Positions 49,286 through 62,645 of a stretch of 64,000 nt of DNA are shown in pieces. Where the stretch lies: contig OZ024745.1 in assembly GCA_964016885.1 (NCBI GenBank), positions 44,516,001 through 44,580,000 on the forward strand. Direction: 5' to 3'. The notes under the pieces were generated by a model, which made no database searches, was not told where the DNA came from, and saw only the letters and a program-made list of their open reading frames with translations. Source of the stretch: Eledone cirrhosa. Lineage: Eukaryota. A program made the position numbers and the translations under genes. Numbering within the stretch: the stretch's first letter is position 1; each line of letters opens with the position of its first letter.

Positions 49286-49516
49286 CTGGGAGTGTGTGTA
49301 TGTGTGTACATCTACATGTGTGTATATAGATTTATATATATATATGTACACATACATGTTTTCAACTTGTACAAACATTATTTGACTCATTCTCCCTAGG
49401 GACTTTTGACTGAAGAACTGACCACTAATTGATTTTACATATGTCTTTAACCCATTAATATAAAAATGTATTTATGTATTTGGCGAGCAGCTCATGTGTA
49501 TGGGAAAGTATTTATA

Positions 49517-49703
49517 TAATTGTTTCTACTTTTTGGCGCAAGGCCAGCAAATACTCAGTACATTACTGGTACTTTATTTTATCGACCCCGTAAGGATGAA
49601 AGGCAAAGTTAACCTCGGCGGGATTTGAACTCAGATCGTAAAGGGACGTAACTATGCTGGAAAGCATGGCGTCCAACTCTCTACCAATACTGCCAATCTA
49701 CCG
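49517..49703 (-). mobile_element. SINE family B
   Basis: Full family B motif set. Confidence 0.88.
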
Positions 49704-49874
49704 ATTAAGTATATATATAATATATATATATACACAGGAGTGTGTCCATGTACATATGCATGCATGAATGAATACAATAAGCCAGTGACTCTAACTGTTA
49801 GCACTATCATATATTTCGGTTTCTATTAATTCCCTAGGAAATTGTTTGACCAAATGCTCTATTTATTTGTTTTA

Positions 49875-50225
49875 TCATTATCATCTTCGTCATCATTTTA
49901 TGTCCGCTTTTCCCTGCTTGCAAGGGTGGGACAGGTCCTATTCAGCACAGCATCTCTCCCCTAGTCACCGTCCTTCGTCATCTCTATCCACCGAGAGCTT
50001 CAGCAATCTGAGGTCTGCTCTCACCACCTCCGCCCATGTTTTTCGTCGTCTACCTCTTCTACGTCTTCCTTCAACTGGCATTTTTTGGCACTTCTTCACC
50101 CATCGGTCATCCTCCATGCGCATTACATGTCTATACCATTGCAGTCTCCTCTCCTGCATACTACAATTTATCCCTCTCAGACACAGTTTCTCTTTCAACA
50201 CATCCATGCTCGGTCGTTCACGCAT
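49875..50225 (-). mobile_element. RTE-clade LINE 3' fragment
   Basis: ERRLQWYRHVMRM..GRRRKTW..DL; RTE-type 3' end with (TGA)n. Confidence 0.82.
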
Positions 50226-50354
50226 TTGTTTATTTTAAAAAAATGTTTACTCTTTCTCTGAGACATTTTTTTAAAGATATCTTTTCAAAGCAAAGCATTG
50301 GCCCCTAAAATATTACAGTGGCCTCCTGCAATGTTACCTGGGCTCCTGTAGTGC

Positions 50355-50818
50355 TACTTCATATACACCTTGCTTCCCTGGGCATGGATACATTGAAGCT
50401 CTGACGTCTGGTAACTGACTTGGTAAACACCCACAAAATTATTAACCATCTTGCCAACAACAACCCTGAGTACCTTTTTGATTTCCATGTGTCTAACACA
50501 CGTGGGCATACCCACAAAGTCAGAAAACAGCACACCTCTCATGACTTTCGGAAACATTTTTTCACGCTCAGAGTTGCTGAAGCATGGAACAAACTACCTG
50601 CATCAGTTGTTAGCTGTTGAGACACTACATCCTTTAAAACCTCCATGCTTCCTGAAATTCGCCAACACTACACCTAATATTCCCCCTCCATGCACACGCG
50701 CACATGTATATCATGACTCATACACTATTCACTTCCCTGACATTTCTATATTATTCTATGTACTATACATGTACCTTTGACGAGTTGTAGTGCACCTGAG
50801 CACTGTACACAATAATTC
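50355..50818 (+). mobile_element. CR1-like LINE 3' fragment
   Basis: TRGH..K..RKHFFTLRVAEAWNKLPASVV; 3'UTR shared with 35230-35360 and 51090-51340. Confidence 0.85.
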
Positions 50819-50821
50819 TTA

Positions 50822-50931
50822 AGGTTAACTTTGCCTTTCATCCTTACGGGGTCGATAAAATAAAGTACCAGTAAGTTACTATGTAATTTGTTGGCCTTGT
50901 GCCAAAAGTAGAAACAATTATTATTATTATT
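50822..50931 (+). mobile_element. SINE family B 3' half
   Basis: Core and (TTA)n tail. Confidence 0.85.
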
Positions 50932-51089
50932 AAGATTTTGTAATAATTCAGTAAAAAATATCTAAAAACAAGTTTGCTAATTCAAATGTTTATAGTATTT
51001 CTGATAGTTGACAGATAGTTGTGAAAATTTGCAGTAATCTAAATTAAAGGTTTTAATTTTTAAAGTTGTTTTATGATAATATAATAATG

Positions 51090-51340
51090 AAAATTATTGT
51101 ATATAGTGATCAGGTGCGCTACAATTCATCAAAAGTGCATGTATAATATATAGAATAATGTACAAATGTCAGGAAAGTGAACAGTCTGACAGACACACAC
51201 ACATACATACGTGTGTATGGAGGGGGAATATCAGGTGTAGTGTTGGCAAATTTCAGGAAGCATGGAAGTTTAGAAGGATGCTGTGTCCCGACAGCTAACA
51301 TCCGATGCAGGAAGTTTGCTCCATGCTTCAGTAACTCTGA
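51090..51340 (-). mobile_element. CR1-like LINE 3' fragment
   Basis: Reverse complement of 50567-50815. Confidence 0.82.
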
Positions 51341-51734
51341 GAATATAACTGTCTAATTATTAAGCTGGTGTGTAAGGTATAACTTCACAAAGGTTCTTAC
51401 ATAAAATTATGATGGAAATGTTTAAAATTAAAACAGATAATTTTGTTTCATAGACCTAGAAGCATTTTCAGGTAGTTTTGTGTATAAAGTGTTAAATAGT
51501 CTAAGAGAGAACTTTAAATTTAACCAAATCAACCATACCTGTCTCTCTTTCATCTATCAACTTCCCTTCCACTTCAACCACTCAAACATCACAACAATAA
51601 AACAAATCTTATAATCTAGTCCATTTTTCTAAAATTTCACAGATGTAAAAAATTCATTTTTTGTATATATCAGGTATAGGTTTATATATAAAGAAATTTA
51701 CCATTAAATGAAAAATAAAACTGAAATATCTTAC

Positions 51735-51841
51735 TTTTGATATATTTTCTGTTCCACTACAGTTTTAATTCCAATTATTTTGTCTTTCTCATTTTTCACT
51801 ATCATGGAGTAGTTTTACTGAGTTCTTGCTTAGGCTCTCAT
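51735..51841 (-). other. Candidate exon, possibly containing a start codon (MIVKNEKDKIIGIKTVVEQKIYQ)
   Basis: Acceptor ttgcAG, donor AA|GTAAGA; open frame from an internal ATG to the donor. Confidence 0.3.
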
Positions 51842-51974
51842 CTGCAATTCATGGCCAACAATGAAAGTAGACAGAATTTCATAGTCCATTCTAATAAGTA
51901 GATATCTTGTCATCAATAATGGTATATTATGGTACATCTACAATAGCATTTATATTATGGCACATACACAATAG

Positions 51975-52240
51975 TGGAGATGTATGGCCTAATGGTAAGT
52001 GGGTTGAACTTATGATCATAATGCCATGGATTCAATTTCTTGACTGGGTTATGTATTGTGTTCTTGAGCAAAACACTTCATTTCATCTTTCTCAAGTATA
52101 TTCAGCTGAAAATGAATATCAGCAGTTGCTGGAAGTTTAACCCTTTGACTGGCATCCTGTCCAGGGGGTGTCTTGTACTCTCAGTTGCTTAATGCCAAGG
52201 AAACCGGGATAAGCAACGCCAGCCTGTTGAGCCTCTGAGC
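51975..52240 (+). mobile_element. Old SINE family A-like copy
   Basis: tggcctaatgg A-box; tgtgttcttgagcaaaacacttcatttca core. Confidence 0.6.
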
Positions 52241-52419
52241 TTGAGAATGTGTGTATATATGTATATATATGTGAGTATATATGTATATGTGTGTATATGT
52301 ATGTGTAAGTATATATATATGTATATGTGTATTTGTATATGTATATATGTATATGTATGTGTGTAAGTATATATATATATATATATTGGAAAATGTGTGT
52401 AATCCTTGGTACAGTTAGG

Positions 52420-52639
52420 TATATTAAGACAGGGGGGAAGAAAAAATGGCTTCACTTGTGCTTTCAACAAATTTATTTTCTTCACAAAATCCAAAAAGAA
52501 TTTTTCTTAAAAAAAATTATTTTATAAATAGTTATAAAATAATTTTTTTTAAGAAAAATTCTTTTTGGATTTTGTGAAGAAAATAAATTTGTTGAAAGCA
52601 CAAGTGAAGCCATTTTTTCTTCCCCCCTGTCTTAATATA
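52420..52639. repeat. Perfect inverted repeat: 108-bp arms with a 4-nt spacer (atag)
   Basis: 52420-52527 is the reverse complement of 52532-52639; the ORF track shows the same peptide YIKTGGKKKWLHLCFQQ.. on both strands. Confidence 0.95.
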
Positions 52640-52710
52640 TATATATATATATGTAAGTATATATATATATGTATGCATGTATGTGTGTGTATGTGTGTAT
52701 ATGTATGTAT

Positions 52711-52998
52711 CAGTGGCGAAGGGTAACCTGGAAAGCAGGGCCTGCAGTCCAATTGCCATGGCGGAAAGTGGGGCTGTGCAGCCTTACCCCCCCCCCCAAT
52801 TCCCTCTAAATGACCCTCCCGGTCAAAGCCACATGTAGTGTTATCTAGTGTGTGTGTGTGTGTGTGTTAGCTTTTTTTGTGTCTATACGTTTTAGTAAGC
52901 AGCCAAAATTATGCTTGCTTCAACCGATGCAATTGATCAACTCAAGATTCTATAACGCATGCACTGCATGTGTTGCATGCACAGACACTTCGCCCCTG
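52711..52998. mobile_element. hAT-like MITE with 8-bp TSD
   Basis: TIR cagtggcgaag / cttcgcccctg; gtatgtat on both sides. Confidence 0.88.
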
Positions 52999-53002
52999 GT
53001 AT

Positions 53003-53076
<74 letters not shown>

Positions 53077-53334
53077 AATGATTTACTTTGTAAAGCTATA
53101 TTTAAATATTCCATTGCATGCAATCAACATGTAATCTACGGTATGGAACAAATAAACATTGTCGCACACACCTAAACCCACAGCTAAGTGTGTTTATGTT
53201 TATTTATGAAGGTAAATTAATATACATTCACACACACATGCACACGCATGTGTATGCATATATGCATGCACATGCACTTATCCATACATGTATGTGTATG
53301 TATATATATATATATATATATAAATATATATATA

Positions 53335-53770
53335 CTAGCAGAGGTACCCGGCGTTGCTCGGGTATTAAATAGCAGTTATGTATACCATTTATGTCATTAC
53401 TTCAGTGCTGCTTCGAAAAGTATACTTTTAAAAAATCATCGGCTTTTACCAAAAGGGGGTTCCTGCCCCCTGGGGGCCCCTACTCCATATGTGCCAATTC
53501 TGAGAGTTCACATTCATCTGTAGAACAAACGTAGCCCATGTGTCAAGATTTGTGAAAATCAGTTGCGAACTCCAGAAGTTATGACATTTTGTTCCATTGC
53601 ACTGCAGTGCTTCAGTCGACTCCAAGGAAGTGGTTAAAGGGGGTTATCTGCCGGGAGGCCCTATAATCAATATCTGGAAAAATGAAAGTGCCCATGACTA
53701 TCCGGAGTACATAAGTAACCTATGTCTTAAGTTTGGTGAAAATACTGTAGAAATGCATAAGGTTTACACA
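53335..53770 (-). mobile_element. Non-autonomous Helitron, 3' part
   Basis: a|ctag end and hairpin tacccggcgttgctcgggta, the same architecture as 24279-24306. Confidence 0.75.
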
Positions 53771-53795
53771 CACACGCGTGCGCATGTATGTGTGT

Positions 53796-54437
53796 CATCA
53801 TCATCATCGCTTAACGTCCATGTTCCACGCTTGCATGGGTTTGGACGGGAGTTTTCCCACTTGAGGCAAGAGTGGTTGTCTTGCTCGCATAGGACTGTCT
53901 GGCGGGTTTTCTACAGCTGGATGCCCTTCCTAACACCAACCACGTTTACAGTGTGGACTGGGAGGTTTTTACCGTGTTGCCTACACAGCCACATTACAGC
54001 GTGGACTGTGTGTTTTTTGTCATGACACCTACACGATCTCATTTGTTTCGGCCTGGTTGTTCTGGCACCAACATAACTTTACATTGAAAGGGGCGGTAGG
54101 GATGGTGGGACGGGGGTGTATTTTGTTAGAGATGCCTACTGACTGTAGTAGGTTTTACTTTGTATTTAGGTAAGGCGGGTCTTCTCTATTACTGAGTACC
54201 GCCAAAGGTCTCGGTCCAGTGACATTGTCTTGGAGAGGTGTAAGTGTGTGAGGTTGGAATTTATCAGCTCGTCCCAGGTTTTTCTGGGTCTGCCTACTCC
54301 GTGGCTACCATCTATCTTTATTGCCCTGCACTTTGTTATACAGCTGTCGTCTTTCATGCGCATCACGTGACCATACCAACGTAGCCTTCTCTCGAGTAAA
54401 CAACATCTGATCCCTCTTATTTCTAATTTTTTCCTTA
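53796..54437 (-). mobile_element. RTE family 1 3' fragment
   Basis: LERRLRWYGHVMRMKDD..EKTRLT, 3'UTR and (GAT)n. Confidence 0.9.
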
Positions 54438-54719
54438 GTGTGTGTGTATGTATTTGTGTGTGCATATGTATATGTATGTGTATGTCCATCGGCGCATACG
54501 TATGTACTGGCCTAAATCTTCACTATTTACTTTTACTATTTTAAGGCAAAGTTAAAACCCCGTTGAGGTTAACTTTGCCTTTCATCCTTACGGCCTCGAT
54601 AAAATAAAGTACCAGTAATGTACTGAGTAATTGCTGGTCTTGTGCCAAAAGTAGAAACAACTTTTTTAATAACCTCTGTCATTTTCGTTTACAATTTTAT
54701 TTACATTATTCTTAAATTC

Positions 54720-55010
54720 CGGGGCTGGAAATCATTCGGTTATTTTAAATAGAATATTAGTCTAACGACTCCATTTACACCATAAACTTGGTCTTGTCTT
54801 TGCATGAAATTGTTCTTCTCGGTCCACATAACAACGTATTATCCTCGCTTTTTTTCCATTCATTACCAGGGAACGTCTTCACGAACCAGAGTATCGTCTT
54901 CCTGTTTTCCTTCGGTTGCAACGTTTCTCGAAATATTTAATTCTGCGTTCACAGATTGAATTTTTTAGTTGAAGATGATCCCATTAATGTTGAAAGCAGC
55001 GATTCTTTGC
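54720..55010 (-). mobile_element. Inverted, diverged copy of the segment upstream of the Penelope RT (43800-44080)
   Basis: gaatattagtcta.cgactccattta..cgtcttcacgaacca..ttcacagattg is the reverse complement of 43858-44060. Confidence 0.75.
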
Positions 55011-55094
55011 TTAAACTTTCTTTCTTTCTCAACCCCTCTCCCTTTTTTCTCATACCCCCTCTCTCTCTTCCTCTGCAGAATATAAACACAAATG

Positions 55095-55305
55095 CCTCGG
55101 TAACACAACAAAGGATGATACAATGAAAGATATATTCCTTCAATGCTACAATATTAAAGAAAATGTAAAAGAAGGGGTGAACAACGGAGCCAACACCAGA
55201 GCAAAAGACAGCAACGTCACAAATACTGGACAACCTCTCTAATGATTTTTTAGGCAAGCCAGCACACTCGCAACATTGCCTCGGGTGATGGCGAGGCTGA
55301 TGCGC
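55095..55305 (-). mobile_element. CRE-like element 3' end, second copy
   Basis: Matches 28110-28310. Confidence 0.8.
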
Positions 55306-55319
55306 TGAAATATTGTTTT

Positions 55320-55727
55320 AAAAGACTTTTTAATGGAAATGAAGCAAAATGGAAGCTTAATGTTGAAACTGCGAACTGATGAATTTTGCAGGTTAAAATT
55401 TTGCTGGGTCGAAAACTGTTCGCGTATTTTTGTACTTTTGCACGCCCAGTTTGTTCATAACGTGAATAGATAAACAAATGACGCCATAAAAGGCAAATAA
55501 CTCGTCTCTCATCTCTATTTATATTTTCAACTAAAAAATCAATACATTACAAATTCGATTTTTGCACTTGGCGTGGGTTGATTTGAAAATTTTTTTTACT
55601 GATGTCTCCGCCGGACCTTCATCTATAAGTGTAGCAATTTCACCGAAATTTGAACGTACGGTTTAGGGAAGATGTGTGCCGACCGTTTTAGTAGACAGAC
55701 AGACAACCTCAATTTTATATATATAGA
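55320..55727 (-). mobile_element. Helitron-like 5' end
   Basis: acagacagac..ttttatatatataga|t, the same terminal layout as 25700-25742. Confidence 0.55.
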
Positions 55728-55732
55728 TATAT

Positions 55733-55775
<43 letters not shown>

Positions 55776-55854
55776 AACTCATACACATATATATATATAT
55801 ATATATGAGAGAGTAAGATATATCTGTGAATATTTGCATGACGACTTATTATTA

Positions 55855-56172
55855 TTAAAATAAAGGACCAGTAACGTACTGGGGTCGATTTAATCGATTT
55901 TCTCCTCCTCCAAAATTGCTGGCCTTGTGCCTATATAAGAAACCATTATTATTATTATTATAGGGCAGTGGATTGGCAGTATCGGTAGAGGGTTGAACGC
56001 CATGCTTTGCATCATAGAGTTACGGCCCTTTATGATCTAAGTTCAAATCCCGCTGAGGTTAACTTTGCCTTCCATCCTTGCGGGGGTGGGGGCCGATAAA
56101 ATAAAGTACCAGTAATCCACTGGAATAATTGCTGGCCTTGTGCCAAAAGTAGAAACAATTATTATTATTATT
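55855..56172 (+). mobile_element. Two head-to-tail SINE family B copies
   Basis: The second copy begins at the TTA tail of the first. Confidence 0.85.
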
Positions 56173-56429
56173 TAGACTTTTTTTTATACAATGACATATA
56201 ACATTGCACATACATGTCAACAGTTATGATGTGCATGTATGACAACTCTATTGTAATAGCATTTATTATACTCCACTAAAAGAAGAATTATGTATGCATA
56301 GAATGGGATTTAGAACATCTCTCAGAAAAAAAGCCTCTATCTTTTGTAAATTATGTGGTTTATTTAAGAAACATTGGAAAAAATTTGAAACTTAGAATGT
56401 GTACATCCCAATGTAAATCATGATAATAT

Positions 56430-56608
56430 AATAATTGTTTCTACTTTTGGCACAAGGCCAGCAATTACCCAGTACATTACTGGTACTTTATTTTATCAAC
56501 CCTGTATAGATGAAAGGCAAAGTTAACCTCGGCGGGATTTGAACTCAGATCATAAAGGGACGTAACTATGCTGAAAAGTATGTCCGACCCTCTACCAATT
56601 CACCGCCC
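56430..56608 (-). mobile_element. SINE family B with TSD
   Basis: Flanked by ataatataataat on both sides. Confidence 0.85.
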
Positions 56609-57399
56609 TCATCATAATATAATAATAGATCACTATAAATAAAGAAAATTGGGTACCCCTGGGGGCAGAAACAGTGGACAGAGGTACCCATAAAGGAATA
56701 ATGGAGAAATCAGATAAATTCTTAATTTTTCCATCCCCATATATACTTTACCCAATTTTGTCAACTATTAATTATAGTGATTGACTTATTATGGTCATTT
56801 GTGTTAGTACACACACACTTTTTAACTCTCTTCACACATTCTATCAGAATTAGTTCTACTTCTATAAATGTTTCCAGTGTCCCTTTGCTCTCAATTATGT
56901 ACTAATTGTAACAAAAATCAAGCACAGGTCTCTGCATGCGTCTGCATGTGTCTACTGGTATGGACAAACCAAGATTAATTTTTAGTGATATAAGGAGGAT
57001 AACTTCAGTCAACATTTATTGTAGATGCATTCTAAGTGGAAGGAAGCCACAGCAGAGGAAGACAAAGGAACAACTAAGCAGAGGTAGTGAGAGCTGATCT
57101 TAAATAACTGAAACTTAAAGAGGAGGAACATGATGAGTGGTGAGATGCTGTGCTGGAGAAAAAAAATCATCTGCTGTCGAAGGATGAAAAAAGTAGACAT
57201 AAAAATGAGGATATTAATGATGATGATTACAATTTATTTCTACCAAATTCTACCCACAAGACATTGATAAATATGAGGCTACTGTATAAGTCACCTGCTA
57301 AAGGTGTCATGCCAGGGCATCAAACCAAGAACTTTGTGATGAGAAAATAAAACTTAACCACATAGCCATGACTAGACCCCACAATTTTTACCTTTTTTT

Positions 57400-58330
57400 A
57401 ATCTTTTTCCTCACCCACCAATTGTTTGCAGGATACAGCTGAGATATACTCCCTTCCTCCCTTTTTCATCATTTTTCTTCCACCCAACAATTCATCAACA
57501 TTCAAGAAAGATACAATAAAGTCTTGTGAAAATAAGTTTTTCATGGTCATATGAAGCAAGACAAAGCCACTAAAATGCAAGGGGTTACTGAGAAAGTAAA
57601 AGGACAAGACAGAGAGAACATAATTCAAAGAGAAAGAACACAATTGATGTTGCTTTCGAAATTGTGCTGATCGGGAAAGCAAGAACTTGGAAGAGACTTC
57701 TATAGTCGAGACGTGCGAGGGAAGAAACTATCAATAAAATTTACTATTACATTAGGAACTTGAACAGTAAAGGGATGAGACTTAGCTACAAATCTGGGAC
57801 TATGTTTAAAACTTGTGAATGCAAGGCAGCAAAGAACGAACTGCATGAAGTATGTGTAAGTATATGCTATATGGTAGTGAGACATAGGTATTGATCGGGT
57901 ATGATCGGTGGGAACTAGAAAGAATCGAATTGAGAGTGATTTATTGAATGTGTAAGGTTAACTTGCTTGAAAGATTTATCACAAAAAGAAAAAAAAACAA
58001 AAAAACAGAGACTGAACATTAGATGCAGGGGAGATAACTGGTATAAATGTCTGATACAATTGAAAGATGGCTGCTGGGTGATAGAAGGTAGTCAACGTAG
58101 ATCAATGATTAAGAAAAGTTGAGGTAAGACTTCAGTATTAGTCTCATATACAAGATGGACAGTAAATTTGTTCCACTTATGCCAGCTTAGAAGAATTAAT
58201 GTTAAATCAACGATAATGACCAGTAAAAAGGCTGAGAGGTAAAGGTCGTAGTCCAAGAGAAGAAAACAAGACTTCTAATCATGAATGTGTAGAAGGAAGG
58301 ATATCTAGTTGAAAACATACCTGTCGCAAT
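57400..58330 (-). mobile_element. Decayed CR1/L2-like LINE 3' part
   Basis: SHPFTV..FIDSFFPRTSRL..SLP C-terminal motif; many stops. Confidence 0.55.
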
Positions 58331-59032
58331 AATGTGTCGTGCAATAAGGTCAGGGCTTCCAATATTCAAGCAACAACATTTGTAAAAACATCCTAACATA
58401 ATATAAATACCAGATAAATTTTCTTTAGTTCAAAAAATATTTCTTGCTTCAATTATTGTTTACATAATAGCAAAGTAGGGTGCTAGAATGCTTAATTTAT
58501 TAAGGCAAGAAATTTTAATTATGATTTCACCTTTAATTATTAAACACTTGGTCATTTTCTGACCAATTTTGGCTGAAAAAAAAGAAAAAGAAAAAGGTAG
58601 TCGATAACTCTGAAATTTAAATTAATAAGTAGAATACAGCTGGGAATGAATCTGATTTTTAGCAGCAGAGTAACAACTGAAATGTTCAGTCTTATTACAA
58701 TTCATCAGTGAAGCATAGTCTAATTGTAAGTCTGAGATCTTAGAACAACTAGAAAAACATAGGATTTTTTGTGAATGAATTTCATAAAATGACTAGGAAA
58801 ATTTTTCCAAAAAATGCCTACTGCATGAAAACTTAATAGCAAAGTGGGTACTAGTATACTATATGTAGTAAAACCAACAAATTTTAATTAAAATTACACC
58901 TTTAATTCTGGTATTAAAAAAAAAAGGTGGGAACTGAATTTTTAACCAATTCATCTACTTCTTACTATTTACCAAGCTGAAAAGTTCCACTTTTGCTTTA
59001 CAATAAGATTTGCAGAAAAAAAAAAGGCAGTA

Positions 59033-59224
59033 ATATAATTGTTTCTACTTTAGGCACAAGGCCAGCAATTACCCAGTGCATTACTGGTACTATATTTTAT
59101 CGACCCCGTAAGGATGAAAGGCAAAGTCAACCTCGGCGGGATTTGAACTCAGATCGTAAAGGGACGTAACTATGCTGGAAAGCATGGTGTCCGACCCTCT
59201 ACCGATACTGCCAACCCACCGCCC
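59033..59224 (-). mobile_element. Young full-length SINE family B with 16-bp TSD
   Basis: aaggcagtaatataat on both sides. Confidence 0.9.
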
Positions 59225-59451
59225 TAAGGCAGTAATATAATATCTGCAATATGAGATAGCTAAAGTATTGTACTCATTAAATATAAAATAGAAATTTTAC
59301 AAGCATCTTTATTTTAAATACACTTCTCATCCTAAACTCTCTGGTTCTATGAAATAAAAGCACCCATTTTTAAAGAATTCCAGCTTGAATTAAAATTTTC
59401 AAACGTAATTTTATATAAGAACCTTATATTATGTTACAAATAACATTTTAA

Positions 59452-61383
59452 TCATCATCATCATCATCATCGTTTAACGTCCATATTCCACGCTTGCATG
59501 GGTTTGGACGGGAGTTTTCCCACTTGAGGCAAGAGTGGTTGTCTTGCTCGCATAGGACTGTCTGGCGGATTTTCTACGGCTGGATGCCCTTCCTAACACC
59601 AACCACATTTACAGTGTGGAAATGGGAGGTTTTTACCGTGTTACCTACACGGCCACATTACAGCGTGGACTGTGTTTTTTTGTCGTGACACCTATACGAC
59701 CTCATTTGTTTCGGGCTGGATGTTGTGGTACCAACATAACTTTACATTGAAAGGGTGGTGTGGATGAGGTAGGGGTAGTGGGACGGGGGTGTATTTTGTT
59801 AGAGGTGCCTACTGACTGTAGTAGGTTTCACTTTGCACTTAGGTAAGGCGGGTCTTCTCTATTACTGTGTAGCGCCAAAGATCTTGGTCCAGTGACATTG
59901 TCTTGGAGAGGTGTAAGTGTGTGAGGTCGGAATTTATCAAGTCGTCCCAGGTTTTTCTGGGTCTGCCTACTCCGTGGCTACCGTCTATTTTTATTGCCCT
60001 GCACTTTTTTATACAGCTGTCGTCTTTCATGTGCATCACGTGACCATACCAACGTAGTCTTCTCTCGAGTAAACATCTGATCCCTCTTATTCCTAAGTTC
60101 GTTTATGCTTTGCCGTTCACGTATATTACTATTACACATCCAGCAGAGCATGCAAGCTTCGTTTCTCTCCAGTCTGCGTATATCCTCTGCACACAATGCC
60201 CAGGTCTCACTGCCATGTAACATTGCTGTTTGTATGCAGGCATCATACATCCTGCCTTTCATTTTTAGAGAGAACCCTTTAGTGGCCAATAGTGGTATAA
60301 GCTCTCTGAACTTTTTCCATCCCGTTCTGACCCTAGCTACTGTACTTTCAGAGCACCCTCCCCCACTGCTGATTTTGTCACCCAGGTAACGGAAGCTGTC
60401 CACTATTTCTATAGAACCATCTGTGCAATGGAATGAGTTCGTATTCTGTGGGCACTTGCTATTTATTGCACCAGAGCACTGGCCACATATAAAATCTATA
60501 TTCTTAGTTAGCTTACCTGTGATCCCACTACATCTTTTATGTACCCATACTTTGCATTTGGGACATAAAATGGAGTTTCTACCTACTCCTTTCCTACACA
60601 CTGAGCATGGCCATTTCCCAGATGGGACCGGTGCCCTATTTTCCTTCCTACAAACTAGAACTTTAGTCTTAGACAAGTTAACTTTAAGGCCTTTTGATTC
60701 TAGGCCATGCTTCCATGTTTGGAATTTCTTCTCTAGCTCAGCCATTGATTCAGCTATGAGCGTTAGATCATCTGCATATAGGAGTTCCCATGGGCAGCCG
60801 GTCTTGAACTCCTCTGTTATAGCCTGAAGGGCAATAATAAATAGTAGGGGGCTAAGGACGGAGACCTGATGAACACCAACTTTTACGCTAAACTCTTCAC
60901 TATATTCGTTGTTAATTCTAACCTTGCTGACTGTTTCTTTATACATGGCTTGTATAGCTCTCACAAGCCATTCATCAACACCTAGTTTTCTAAGGGTCCA
61001 CCAGATAATCGAGCGCGGTACTCTGTCAAAGGCTTTCTCCAAGTCAACAAAAGCTAAGTATAGGGGTTTACTTTTAGCTAGGTACTTCTGTAGTTGTCGT
61101 ACAATGAAAAGAGCGTCTGTTGTACTTTAACCTGACACAAACCCGAACTGCATTTCGTCTAGATCGATTCGCTCTGATTAGTTGCACTATTATTTTTTCT
61201 GTGACCTTCATGACCTGGTCAATTAATTTAATGCCTCTATAGTTTCCCCTATCTAGGGCATCACCTTTATCCTTGTAGCAGTTAATGATGATGCTGCTGC
61301 TGCACCAGTCCTTCGGAACGACCCCATTCTGTATGACTTGGTTTACTACCCGGGTGACCATAGTGTGTCCCACCGTTCCAGAT
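59452..61383 (-). mobile_element. RTE family 1 copy, 5'-truncated, inserted in a piggyBac-like MITE
   Basis: Minus ORFs 61074-61373, 59978-61042 (KAFDRV, YADD, PHD-like CxxC), 59839-60039; ttaatcat at both junctions. Confidence 0.92.
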
Positions 61384-61524
61384 CATTAATCATTAAACAA
61401 TTTTAGTAAATCCTTCCAAATCCTTCATTGATGTATTGAAACAACATATATATTTCATTTGAAATATGGTAATGAAAGGGTTAATATTTGTCACCCTTGC
61501 ATCATTTTATATATATATATATAT

Positions 61525-62268
61525 ATTAGAAATAAGAGGGATCAGATGTTTACTCGAGAGAAGGCTACGTTGGTATGGTCACGTGATGCACATGAAAGAC
61601 GACAGCTGTATAACAAAGTGCAGGGCAATAAAGATAGACGGTAGCCACGGAGTAGGCAGACCCAGAAAAACCTGGGACGACATGATAAATTCCGACCTCA
61701 CACGCTTACACCTCTCCAAGACAATGTCACTGGACCGAGACCTTTGGTGGTACTCAGTAATAGAGAAGACCCGCCTTACCTAAATACAAAGTAAAACCTA
61801 CTACAGTCAGTAGGCATCTCTATCAAAATACACCCCCGTCCCACCACCCCCACCCCATCCACACCGCCCCTTTCAATGTAAAGTTATGTTGGTGCCACAA
61901 CATCCAGGCCGAAACAAATGAGATCGTGTAGGTGTCACGACAAAAAAACACACAGTCCACGCTGTAAATGTGGCCGTGTAGGCAACACGGTAAAAACCTC
62001 CCAGCCCCACACTGTAAATGTGGTTGGTGTTAGGAAGGGCATCCAGCTGTAGAAAACCCGCCAGACAGTCCACGCTGTAATGTGGCCGTGTAGGCAACAC
62101 GGTAAAAACCTCCCAGCCCCACACTGTAAATGTGGTTGGTGTTAGGAAGGGCATCCAGCTGTAGAAAACCCGCCAGACAGTCCTATGCGAGCAAGACAAC
62201 CACTCTTGCTTCAAGTGGGAAAACCCCCGTCCAAACCCATGCAAGCGTGGAACACGGACGTTAAATGT

Positions 62269-62299
<31 letters not shown>
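61525..62299 (+). mobile_element. RTE family 1 3' fragment with duplicated 3'UTR block
   Basis: Nearly identical to 16520-17291; (GAT)n tail. Confidence 0.92.
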
Positions 62300-62435
62300 C
62301 CATATTCAAGATAGACATTTGTATATTTTCCATTCCATATTCTCCAACACAAATCAAAGAAATCAGTTTCTCTGATTTCTTTATTTCATTGTCTGACCAT
62401 GAAATTTGTATCATTTTGCCCTCTGGTCCATTTAA

Positions 62436-62645
62436 CCCTTTAGCATTTAAACCAGCCATATCCAGCGAGAATTCTCACCTCTTTCTGTTCAAACTGACCA
62501 CTTATACTGACGTTAAGGTGTTGTTCTCAGAATTAAAAAAGAAACAGCAAAATCTCAGATTCAATATTATGTGAGATAATTATTTAAGATAAAGCCTTTA
62601 TCACAAAAATACAATTGTATATATAGTAATGTAAATGCTAAAGGG
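62436..62645. mobile_element. piggyBac-like MITE
   Basis: TIR ccctttagcattta / taaatgctaaaggg with TTAA on both sides. Confidence 0.9.

Noticed and set aside
56651-56689. Small hairpin gggtacccctg...cagaggtaccc
   Set aside because: An 11-bp imperfect stem with no recurrence in the window; compatible with chance or MITE debris.
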